From Candidatus Lokiarchaeum ossiferum (lineage in GTDB: Archaea > Asgardarchaeota > Lokiarchaeia > Sigyniarchaeales > Promethearchaeaceae), in NCBI GenBank assembly GCA_025839675.1, contig CP104013.1, positions 4,560,001-4,592,000 of the forward strand: a DNA stretch of 32,000 nucleotides, given 5' to 3'. Positions within the stretch are counted from its first letter, which is position 1; every line of letters begins with the position of its first letter. The notes beneath the pieces were generated by a model, which worked only from the letters and a program-made list of their open reading frames with translations, was not told the DNA's origin and did no database searches. Position numbers and translations under genes: made by a program. Below, piece after piece: positions 1 through 7,452 of the stretch.

Positions 1-281
1 TTACCTTACCTGCCATAATTCCAAATATTTTAACAGGATTAAAAGTTTCTTTTGGGGTGGGATGGATGTGTGTAATTGCTGCAGAAATGATGGGTATTGA
101 TGTTAATATTGGCGGTATCGGCTATTTTATTAATTATATGAAGGATGTTGGCAATTATGCAAATATGATGGCTGGAATGCTAATGATTGCAATTGTTGGT
201 TTAGGTATCAATGGAATTTTTGAATTAATCGAACGTTATATCTTACGCTGGACACCAAAAAAACAAACGGAGGAAGTATAA
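1..281 (+). CDS. ABC transporter permease, NitT/TauT (SsuC/TauC-like) family, C-terminal fragment (5' end outside window)
   Basis: Frame is open from nt 3 (TLPAIIPNILTGLKVSFGVGWMCVIAAEMMG...) and is followed by hydrophobic helices. This resembles the conserved loop and last TM segments of binding-protein-dependent permeases. TAA 279-281 overlaps the ATG at 281 of the ATPase gene by 1 nt. Confidence 0.8.
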   Translation, partial: TLPAIIPNILTGLKVSFGVGWMCVIAAEMMGIDVNIGGIGYFINYMKDVGNYANMMAGMLMIAIVGLGINGIFELIERYILRWTPKKQTEEV

Positions 282-1033
282 TGCTAGATATTAATATTGA
301 ATCAAAACAATTTCAAACCCCTCAAAAGACTACCAAGGAAGTTCTTTCGCAAATTCACTTTAAGTTGTCCGATCATGATTTTATTTCGATCATTGGTCCA
401 AGCGGTTGTGGAAAGACTACCTTATTGCGAATTCTCGCTGGGTTTGATGATGATTTTGTTGGAGAAATTGAATCTTCTGATCATAACCGAGCAACTAGAA
501 AATTCTCTCGACTAGGAAATATTGGATATGTACCCCAAGATTTTTCTCTTTTTCCGTGGTTAACTGTTGAAGATAACATTAAATTTGGATTACGGATTAA
601 AAAATATTCTAAAGATGATCAAACAGATATTACAACTCGTTTACTTCGATTAGTGGAGATGGAAGAATTTCGCAAATATTACCCTAAAGATATTTCGGGA
701 GGTATGAAGCAAAAAATTGCCATTTGCCGTGCTATTGCTAGCAATCCTGCTAGTAATCTTATTGTAATGGATGAACCCTTCAGTGCTTTAGATGCTCAGA
801 CCCGAAATTCGATTCAAAATGATTTATTGCACATTTGGCATGAGCAACATCTTACGATAGTCTTTGTAACTCATAATATCGACGAAGCGGTTTTTCTCAG
901 TAATAAAGTGATTGTTCTAGGGAAGGATCCTGCGAATATTCAGAAGATTGAATCGATCAATCTTCCACATCCGCGAGATCGAACTAGTACGGAGTTTAAC
1001 TCAATTCGAAAAGAATTATTAACTTTTTTGTAA
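281..1033 (+). CDS. ABC transporter ATP-binding protein, NitT/TauT (SsuB/TauB-like) family
   Basis: Walker A GPSGCGKTT, Q-loop region YVPQDFSLFPWLTV, signature ISGGMKQKIAICRA, Walker B LIVMDEPFSALD, H-loop VTHNIDEA. Translationally coupled to the upstream permease. Confidence 0.92.
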   Translation: MLDINIESKQFQTPQKTTKEVLSQIHFKLSDHDFISIIGPSGCGKTTLLRILAGFDDDFVGEIESSDHNRATRKFSRLGNIGYVPQDFSLFPWLTVEDNIKFGLRIKKYSKDDQTDITTRLLRLVEMEEFRKYYPKDISGGMKQKIAICRAIASNPASNLIVMDEPFSALDAQTRNSIQNDLLHIWHEQHLTIVFVTHNIDEAVFLSNKVIVLGKDPANIQKIESINLPHPRDRTSTEFNSIRKELLTFL

Positions 1034-1170
1034 ATACATTATTGGTTGTTCTATAACATTATTTTTAGGAACAATTTTGTGGATATATCTCAAAAATTGA
1101 ATCAATTATGTTCAAAATCGCCTTTTATCAACTATTTTAAATTTTGCAAGATTGATATTTTATATAGATA

Positions 1171-1210
1171 GATCCTTATATCAATCAAATATCTATTTGA
1201 TATAAAGATC
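1171..1210. promoter_or_regulatory. Imperfect inverted repeat, candidate operator upstream of the first GPH transporter
   Basis: GATCCTTATATCAA (1171-1184), 12-nt spacer, TTGATATAAAGATC (1197-1210). 13 of 14 arm positions are complementary. The right arm ends 54 nt upstream of ATG 1265. Confidence 0.35.
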
Positions 1211-1264
1211 AAAAACAACATCAACAAAATTTCGTGTTTTGAAAAATTATCTGGATTTGATTTT

Positions 1265-2731
1265 ATGACACAAGAAACTATTAAACAATCATCAGGAATT
1301 GCAGAGATGGAAGTTCAATATTCCCCACTTCCAAAAAAAACTCGAATTGCCTTTGGCTTTGGACCTTTAGCAGATCAAATGTCCCATCAAATGTTTCAAT
1401 TTCTGGTATTTACCTATTACTACGCTGTGGTTGGAGTCAATATAAATCTTCTTGCTGCATCTTTTGTAATTTTTGCCATTTGGGATTCAATTAATGATCC
1501 TCTACTCGGACCCATTAGCGATAGAACTAAAAGTCGCTTTGGAAGACGCGGTTTTTGGGTATTAATTAGCATTGTTCCCTTTGGGTTAATAAACATCTTT
1601 TTATTTACTCCACCCTATTTTTGGACAAATAATGCTTCCGATATTGCCAATGCTATCTATATGATTTTGATCATAATGGCTTATGATTTATTCTACTCGA
1701 TTTTTTCGGTCAATCAACTTGCTTTATTTTCAGAGATGTTTAAGTCGGAAGAAGAACGAGGGGAAGGAAATATGTGGAAAAGCATTCTTACTATAGTAGG
1801 TGTAATTATTGGATTTGTTTTACCCACTATTTTTATAAATCCGATGGCTCCAAGTGATGATACACCCGCAGATGTTGTTGCAAAAATACCTGGGATGTAT
1901 GTGGTTGCAGGGATTGCTATTGGAATTCTTGTGATCATCACAGGATTTATTTTCTTTAAATATGGTATGGTGGAAGATCCTGTTAATAAATCTGTTGAAC
2001 AAAACGACGACATGCCGAGTATGATTCAAATGCTCAAGGATACCTTCTCAAATAAAGATTTTATCGTCTTTTGTGTTGCTAATTTATTGAAATGGTTTGT
2101 ATTTAAAATGTTAACAACAATTATTCCTCTTTATGCCATTCATGTTTTAGGTGTGCAAGGAATCATGGTGAGTGTCCTTTTATTAGCTGCATTTATTTCC
2201 GCTGCTGCGTGTTTTCCCTTGATGAAAAAGATAGGTGCACGATGGGGTTGGCGAAATGGATTTATTTTTACTCAAATCATTTGGATTTTTGTCCTTATAC
2301 CATTTTGGTTCTTTGACGGTCAACCAATTTTAGCCATAATCGGAATGATTTTTATGGGAATCGCCCTTTCTGGTGCAATGTACTTCGTTGAACCCATCTT
2401 AGCTAATGTAATTGATGAAGATGAATTAAAAACAGGGAAAGCCAGTGCAGGATCTTACTATGGTGTAAATGGTTTAATTAATCGTTATTCTACAATTTTG
2501 GTTTTCGCAGCTATTGCGATAGTCTTAACGGGCTATGGGTGGGAAAATTATCTCGTTGGAGGAGATTTAGACGTGTCTGGTCTTCAAACGGGGTTAAAAC
2601 TTTTATTGGTTCCGATTAGTATTGTTGGGAATATTTTGGTCATTTTGCTGTTAATGAAATATTCCTTGCATGGGGAAAAATTAAAAGACGTTCAAAAGAA
2701 GTTGAAAGAAGCGCGAATGCGCACGAAATAA
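1265..2731 (+). CDS. GPH/MelB-type (glycoside-pentoside-hexuronide:cation symporter family) MFS transporter, paralog 1
   Basis: 488 aa with about 12 hydrophobic segments. The loop motif WDSINDPLLGPISDRTKSRFGRRGFW matches the GPH-family D-x-T-x-x-R-x-G-R-R signature. Clear paralog of 7453-8922. Confidence 0.85.
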   Translation: MTQETIKQSSGIAEMEVQYSPLPKKTRIAFGFGPLADQMSHQMFQFLVFTYYYAVVGVNINLLAASFVIFAIWDSINDPLLGPISDRTKSRFGRRGFWVLISIVPFGLINIFLFTPPYFWTNNASDIANAIYMILIIMAYDLFYSIFSVNQLALFSEMFKSEEERGEGNMWKSILTIVGVIIGFVLPTIFINPMAPSDDTPADVVAKIPGMYVVAGIAIGILVIITGFIFFKYGMVEDPVNKSVEQNDDMPSMIQMLKDTFSNKDFIVFCVANLLKWFVFKMLTTIIPLYAIHVLGVQGIMVSVLLLAAFISAAACFPLMKKIGARWGWRNGFIFTQIIWIFVLIPFWFFDGQPILAIIGMIFMGIALSGAMYFVEPILANVIDEDELKTGKASAGSYYGVNGLINRYSTILVFAAIAIVLTGYGWENYLVGGDLDVSGLQTGLKLLLVPISIVGNILVILLLMKYSLHGEKLKDVQKKLKEARMRTK

Positions 2732-2759
2732 CTTTTCTAGAAATTTTTATACTATCCCC

Positions 2760-2766
2760 TTTTTTT
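2760..2766 (+). terminator. Oligo-T tract (T7), candidate archaeal terminator after GPH paralog 1
   Basis: T7 run lies 29 nt after stop 2731. Archaeal RNA polymerase terminates at oligo-T tracts. Confidence 0.4.
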
Positions 2767-2835
2767 ATAAATAAACATTCAATAAAAGAAAGTATCTTTC
2801 TATTGAATTGTATTCTTCTAACATATTATTGACCT

Positions 2836-3873
2836 TTGATTCCTATGATATCCTCTGAAAATTTTAACAAGAATCCTAGTTCCGATCCAATTAAGGAACC
2901 AATATCTACGGATCCATATTTTTTCTCCATGCCAAAAGAATTAAAAACATCTCTTGACTCAATGCTCGAGTCTTCTCAAAATAAAAACGCCCCTAATTTC
3001 TGGCATAAAAATATTTGTGATGAACTATACGTACCAGTTGATGATGGTGAAATTCGAGTGTTTCATTATCTCCCCAAAGACCCGATTTCCAAGCGCCCCT
3101 TAGTTTTTATTCCAGGGTGGGGTGTGAATCCAGCAGGGTTTCAAGACTTATTTTCTGCCATTTATGAAAAAGTGGAGTTGTATTATATTGAAAGTCGGGA
3201 GAAAAAAAGCAGTCATATTCGGTTTTGGGAGTCTAAGTTTGATATGCATCAAAAAGCCAAAGATATCAGTGCGACTATTACTTACCTCGATTTAAATGAG
3301 AAAAATTATGTTCTAATGGGACCTTGTTGGGGTGGGGCAGTAATTATGCAAGGATTGATGGATAAAGTTTTGACCAAAGCTCCAACAGTCATCACAGTTG
3401 ATCCCATGCATCGGTTGTGGTTCAGTAAATTTGCGTTGAAATGGATTACTCCTTTTATCCCGACTTTTATGTTTACACTACTTAAACCCATTATTAAGTG
3501 GTTCAAGTTACACAATATGCATGAGCCTACTCAAAAAAGCCGCGCTGAAGCATTTATTGCGGATGCTGTGATGTGGAAATGGAAAAGGGCGGCACAACAA
3601 GTAAATGAGTTTGAATTATTTGGAAATTTAAGCGCTGTGGACAAGGAAGTCTTTGTGATCAATGGTACCAATGATTTAATTCATGATCAACGAGATTATC
3701 CTAAAATCGCTGCGGAATTACCAAAAAGTCGGTTTTTATTTCTCGGAACCGATGAATCTAATCGCGAATTGTTAATGGGTATGGTCGCCGAGGAATTTAC
3801 AAAAATTTTGCAAAATGACCAAATTCCCCCTAGTTTACTTCCTTTTGAAAAGGCAATCCAAAGGGGATCTTAG
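2836..3873 (+). CDS. alpha/beta-hydrolase fold protein with Cys at the nucleophile-elbow position
   Basis: FIPGWGVNPAGF (oxyanion-loop region), elbow MGPCWGG (G-x-C-x-G), later NGTNDLIHD. TTG start at 2836, with an alternative ATG at 2845. Confidence 0.7.
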   Translation: MIPMISSENFNKNPSSDPIKEPISTDPYFFSMPKELKTSLDSMLESSQNKNAPNFWHKNICDELYVPVDDGEIRVFHYLPKDPISKRPLVFIPGWGVNPAGFQDLFSAIYEKVELYYIESREKKSSHIRFWESKFDMHQKAKDISATITYLDLNEKNYVLMGPCWGGAVIMQGLMDKVLTKAPTVITVDPMHRLWFSKFALKWITPFIPTFMFTLLKPIIKWFKLHNMHEPTQKSRAEAFIADAVMWKWKRAAQQVNEFELFGNLSAVDKEVFVINGTNDLIHDQRDYPKIAAELPKSRFLFLGTDESNRELLMGMVAEEFTKILQNDQIPPSLLPFEKAIQRGS

Positions 3874-3889
3874 GATATAATTCGACCAC

Positions 3890-3896
3890 TTTTTTT
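3890..3896 (+). terminator. Oligo-T tract (T7) after the hydrolase gene
   Basis: T7 run lies 17 nt after stop 3873. Confidence 0.4.
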
Positions 3897-3930
3897 CTTA
3901 ATATGTATTTGATTATGTAGGTGAATCATA

Positions 3931-4590
3931 ATTAGTTCTGGAAAAAAAACAATCCTTTGGGATTGGAATGGAACGCTCTTAAATGATGTTGATATTGTCG
4001 TGGCCAGCATCAACTCTATATTACTCAATTATAATTTACCCCAAGTATCTGTGAATTATTACAAATCCATTTTTACTTTTCCAGTTATAGAATATTATGA
4101 AAAATTAGGGTTCAATTTTGATGATATTGATTTTTCCGAGTTGGCTAAAGAGTTCTACAACGAATATTTACCACGTTTAGAACAATGTGGATTGTATTCA
4201 CAAGTTCAATCCATTCTGACCCATTTTAATTCCATAGGATATCAGCAACACATCGTTTCGGCCATGCAACATGATCATTTAGTCGAATCTGTTGAAAATT
4301 TAGGAATTGCACACAAATTTGATTCTGTTAATGGGCTTCGGGATTTGTTTGCTGCGAGTAAAGCAGAACTTGCTCATCAAGTCATAATTGCTAATGATAT
4401 TGATGTGAAATCCACCTGGTTTATCGGAGATACAATTCACGATTTTGAAGTGGCTAAAGAAATTCAATGTCAACATGTTTTAGTAAGTAATGGGCATCAT
4501 ACGCATCAAAAATTATTGACAGTTACCTCTCGAGTTGTTCCTGATTTGTCAAAAATTTTCGGGATAATTAATAAAGAAGAAAAAATTTAG
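3931..4590 (+). CDS. HAD-superfamily phosphatase (phosphoglycolate-phosphatase-like); start probably non-canonical ATT 3931
   Basis: The first canonical start (GTG 4000) lies downstream of in-frame HAD motif I (KKTILWDWNGTLLND, nt 3943-3987). The frame opens after TGA 3922-3924 and holds only ATC 3925, ATA 3928 and ATT 3931. AGGTGAA (3919-3925) sits 5 nt before ATT 3931. Later motifs are IVSAM and WFIGDTIHD. Confidence 0.75.
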   Translation: MSSGKKTILWDWNGTLLNDVDIVVASINSILLNYNLPQVSVNYYKSIFTFPVIEYYEKLGFNFDDIDFSELAKEFYNEYLPRLEQCGLYSQVQSILTHFNSIGYQQHIVSAMQHDHLVESVENLGIAHKFDSVNGLRDLFAASKAELAHQVIIANDIDVKSTWFIGDTIHDFEVAKEIQCQHVLVSNGHHTHQKLLTVTSRVVPDLSKIFGIINKEEKI

Positions 4591-5645
4591 TTGGTCATTA
4601 CTTTTCGGATAAAATCCGCAATTTCTAAGGAAACAAAATATTCATTTCCTTCAAAACAGTGTCTACCGTGTGCATAAATGTGATAATTTTCTGGAGGTAG
4701 ATTTAATGCTTCAATTGCTCGTTCCGTATTTATGACTCTTACCGTGGGATCATTGCGATTTGCAAGTAGAAGTACACGTTTATGGTTTGGGGTTGGTTCT
4801 GTGTCACCGCGCAAAATAATTCCTTCAGGTTTAAAATAATTGGTTCCACTGTATTTCATTAAGTCTTCTTCGGGGACGGCAAAGCTGTAACCAAATAGTT
4901 TGAAGATAATTTTTTCTTGCACAGTCATGATTTTTTTAGTCAAAACTAAATCAAAGGGCCCGGATAGCATGACTACCGCTTTAATATCAGGATGGGGGTA
5001 CGCAACTACTGCAGTTTTTGCAGCACCTAAACTCATTCCAACAACAACAATATTTTTTTTGTCCACAAATGGTTGTTTCAAAACTAACTCAATAAAGTCT
5101 TCAGCATCCTCAACTTGTTCAAAATCACTTTTGTTTCCAGGGGTTTGTCCTTGTCCACGAGCATCATATGTAAAATAAACATAATTTTCTTTCAATACAA
5201 TGGGTAAGCAATAACGATCCATTTCCCGATGGTGAGATCCCCACCCATGAAGTCCAATGATGGTTTTTTTGGGGGATAAATCTTTTTGTAGATCAATTGC
5301 TTTCGAGTGGTATATATAAGCATAATTTTTTACTCCATCCTTATTCACAAAGTGAAAATCTCTTTTGATCAAGTCAGAATAATCCATATCATCCCAGTTT
5401 GTAGCTAAAGTTCCCATACTGAGATGAAAAAGTAGAAAGAATGATGTTAAATTTAATCCAATAAATAGGGTCCAAATAGATGCGAGTAAAAAACCCTGAA
5501 TTTTGCTTTGGAAGATTAGTAGGCATAGAAGCGCAAGATCTAGTAATATCCACACTAGTTTAATCCGTAAAATGAGTGTTTTCCAAATTTTTTTTGGAAA
5601 GTAGTCATGTAAAGAGTTTTCGATTGTCATTTTTGGTAGTTCCAT
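4587..5645 (-). CDS. membrane-anchored alpha/beta serine hydrolase
   Basis: N-terminal TM helices, HG motif GLHGWGSHH, nucleophile elbow VVGMSLGA (G-x-S-x-G), NRNDPTV (Asp), AHGRHCF (His). Confidence 0.8.
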   Translation of the reverse strand: MELPKMTIENSLHDYFPKKIWKTLILRIKLVWILLDLALLCLLIFQSKIQGFLLASIWTLFIGLNLTSFFLLFHLSMGTLATNWDDMDYSDLIKRDFHFVNKDGVKNYAYIYHSKAIDLQKDLSPKKTIIGLHGWGSHHREMDRYCLPIVLKENYVYFTYDARGQGQTPGNKSDFEQVEDAEDFIELVLKQPFVDKKNIVVVGMSLGAAKTAVVAYPHPDIKAVVMLSGPFDLVLTKKIMTVQEKIIFKLFGYSFAVPEEDLMKYSGTNYFKPEGIILRGDTEPTPNHKRVLLLANRNDPTVRVINTERAIEALNLPPENYHIYAHGRHCFEGNEYFVSLEIADFIRKVMTN

Positions 5646-6431
5646 TTAATTTTCGGATGGAGATGGTTTTACTAATGTCGGGCGAATGTATCCCATAAAT
5701 GTAGTAAAAACTCCAATAATCGCTGAAATCCAACCCATATAGTAGAAAACTGTGTATCCTTCACATCCTTCTACAAATATTATCATTGCACGATCAAATA
5801 ACATACCTAATAAGATCATGAGAAAACAAACACACATAATTCCAAGAGATATAAAGGCTGTTTTGTATACTTTGGCTGCTTTTTCCATTTTAAATCCCAT
5901 TTTAAACGCATGAATCATAAACGGGATGTAGCACATAAGCATAACAATAAATGCCAACCCAAAAGTGATCAAATCAAAAATTTCTTGGGAAGGGAAATAT
6001 AAGATCAAAGAAACTAAAATTGTGCTGATGGTCAAAACGAGTATAATTTTGTTTCGTAATTGTTTTATTTCTGTATCGAATACCATTCCTTGAAACTTAT
6101 TAGTAAAATATGTTCCAATGACAATGAATGTGAAGCTTATTCGATATTGAGTTATTCTTGCAATCAACCATAAATTTGGAGTTTCAGGTGGAAATAAAAC
6201 AATTGAATTATATCCAAAACTCAATTGAATGAGTTTGGCAATCCACGAAAAAACTAAACCTAAAAAGTAACTTGTAAAAGAAGCTAAGAGAATCGCGGTC
6301 ATCTTAGATTTTTTTTTTCGGTAATGATTAAGAATGATTAATAGTAGAACTAACCATAAGCAAGCTACAATGCCTTCAAATAAAAAACCTTTGTAGACAT
6401 TTTCTAATTCTGATGTAATTTCAAACCCCAT
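5646..6431 (-). CDS. polytopic membrane protein, unknown function
   Basis: 261 aa with about 7-8 hydrophobic segments. Its TAA (5648-5646) is directly abutted, in the same frame, by the ATG (5645) of the downstream hydrolase. Confidence 0.6.
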   Translation of the reverse strand: MGFEITSELENVYKGFLFEGIVACLWLVLLLIILNHYRKKKSKMTAILLASFTSYFLGLVFSWIAKLIQLSFGYNSIVLFPPETPNLWLIARITQYRISFTFIVIGTYFTNKFQGMVFDTEIKQLRNKIILVLTISTILVSLILYFPSQEIFDLITFGLAFIVMLMCYIPFMIHAFKMGFKMEKAAKVYKTAFISLGIMCVCFLMILLGMLFDRAMIIFVEGCEGYTVFYYMGWISAIIGVFTTFMGYIRPTLVKPSPSEN

Positions 6432-6464
6432 ATTTGTGTCAACCTTGTTTCTATCTTTGTTATT

Positions 6465-7091
6465 TCATTCCGATAGTTTTGTTTCTAAATCAAATTTTAG
6501 TTCTATGCCGAAAGTACGGATCTCTTGCACTTTTTTTGAAGTAAAAACCTCTTCTACTAAAACATAATTGTGCATTTTTGTATAAGCACAGAGTAAATCC
6601 CTTACATATAAAGAAAAATTATTTCCCAATTCGTGAACTCCAGATACTATAAGAACATTTTCGTTAAACTGATAATCTATTGTATTAAACCAATTCTCTC
6701 CATCTTCAGAGAAGACATACGTGACCAAAGTTTCAATTTGATAATTTACTTCGGTTTTTTCTTCAGTTTCATAAATGACTTTTGGATGATAATTTTCGAG
6801 TTTTTTCATATCGGTAGTTCCATTGCCGATAGAAATATCAACCAAAGTCCGAATTTCTTCTTCTGTCAAACATTGAATGATATATTTAAATTGATTCTTT
6901 GCAAAGATGAGTTTTGGATTAACTTGGGGATTATAGATTATATAGGCATATGTCAATAGAGCTTTTCGGGCCACTTGACTCATTTTCATATTGTGTTGAT
7001 CACAAAAATCTGAAAAACGTTGATAATCTTGTTCTTCTAACCTAATGCCCAATACTCTTTCTTTTTTTTTTTTAGTTTCCATGGTTTTCAA
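6465..7091 (-). CDS. ribbon-helix-helix (CopG/Arc/MetJ-like) DNA-binding protein with an uncharacterised C-terminal domain
   Basis: N-terminus KKKKERVLGIRLEEQDYQRFSDFCDQHNMKMSQVARKALLTY fits the RHH strand-helix-helix pattern. The remaining ~150 aa have no motif I recognise. TTG start at 7091, with an alternative ATG at 7082. Confidence 0.6.
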   Translation of the reverse strand: MKTMETKKKKERVLGIRLEEQDYQRFSDFCDQHNMKMSQVARKALLTYAYIIYNPQVNPKLIFAKNQFKYIIQCLTEEEIRTLVDISIGNGTTDMKKLENYHPKVIYETEEKTEVNYQIETLVTYVFSEDGENWFNTIDYQFNENVLIVSGVHELGNNFSLYVRDLLCAYTKMHNYVLVEEVFTSKKVQEIRTFGIELKFDLETKLSE

Positions 7092-7118
7092 ATTAGCGAT
7101 ATCCTATGAAATTGATGA

Positions 7119-7228
7119 TGTAAAACAATTATTATTTTACTTTGTAAGTATTTATAACTTTGTAAAACATTTTCAAGTAGTACCCAATTTTTTTTAAATA
7201 TTTGTAAAACGCTGAGAGCAATTTTACA
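7119..7228. promoter_or_regulatory. Phased TGTAAAAC repeats, candidate operator array in a divergent intergenic region
   Basis: TGTAAAAC occurs at 7119-7126, 7161-7168 and 7203-7210, exactly 42 bp apart. A variant TGTAAGTA is at 7143-7150. The inverted partner TTTTACA is at 7222-7228, with TTTTAC at 7135-7140. Confidence 0.45.
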
Positions 7229-7452
7229 CTAAATACTATGAAAAATTCTTATTAATTAGGATTTCTGCAAACTTGGAAACATTGATTTTTATTTTTTTTT
7301 GGTGTAATTTAAGCATTTTTAATTGGCGATCTCATCACAATTATTTGATAAAATGATCATTTTAATAAAAAAAGATTTCAAATTATAATTAATAAAAATA
7401 GTCGGTTTTTTATTTTTGCAAAGTAAGAAATCTTCTTAGAATGTGATTTATT

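Noticed and set aside
57-281. 74-aa ORF as an independent small membrane protein
   Set aside because: The frame stays open to the window edge and the upstream residues continue a permease sequence. It is the 3' end of a truncated ABC permease gene.
2778-2807. Imperfect hairpin TTCAATA-AAA-GAAAG-TAT-CTTTC-TATTGAA between GPH paralog 1 and the hydrolase gene
   Set aside because: The stem is short, bulged and made entirely of A/T-rich pairs. The adjacent T7 tract already explains termination, and there is no support for a specific regulatory role.
3915-3950. Frameshift at the A8 run (3942-3949) as the explanation for the missing HAD start codon
   Set aside because: The other two frames upstream are closed almost immediately: ATG 3915 is followed by TAG 3918, and GTG 3921 runs into TAG 3933. 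No upstream canonical start could be joined by a +1 or -1 shift. A non-canonical ATT/ATA/ATC start is simpler.
7349-7364. Perfect 16-bp palindrome TAAAATGATCATTTTA about 90 nt upstream of GPH paralog 2
   Set aside because: It is real in the sequence. By rough reasoning, about one perfect palindrome of this length is expected by chance in 32 kb at this base composition. It shares only the TGATCA core with the hsp20-promoter palindrome. I do not consider it supportable as a site without comparative data.
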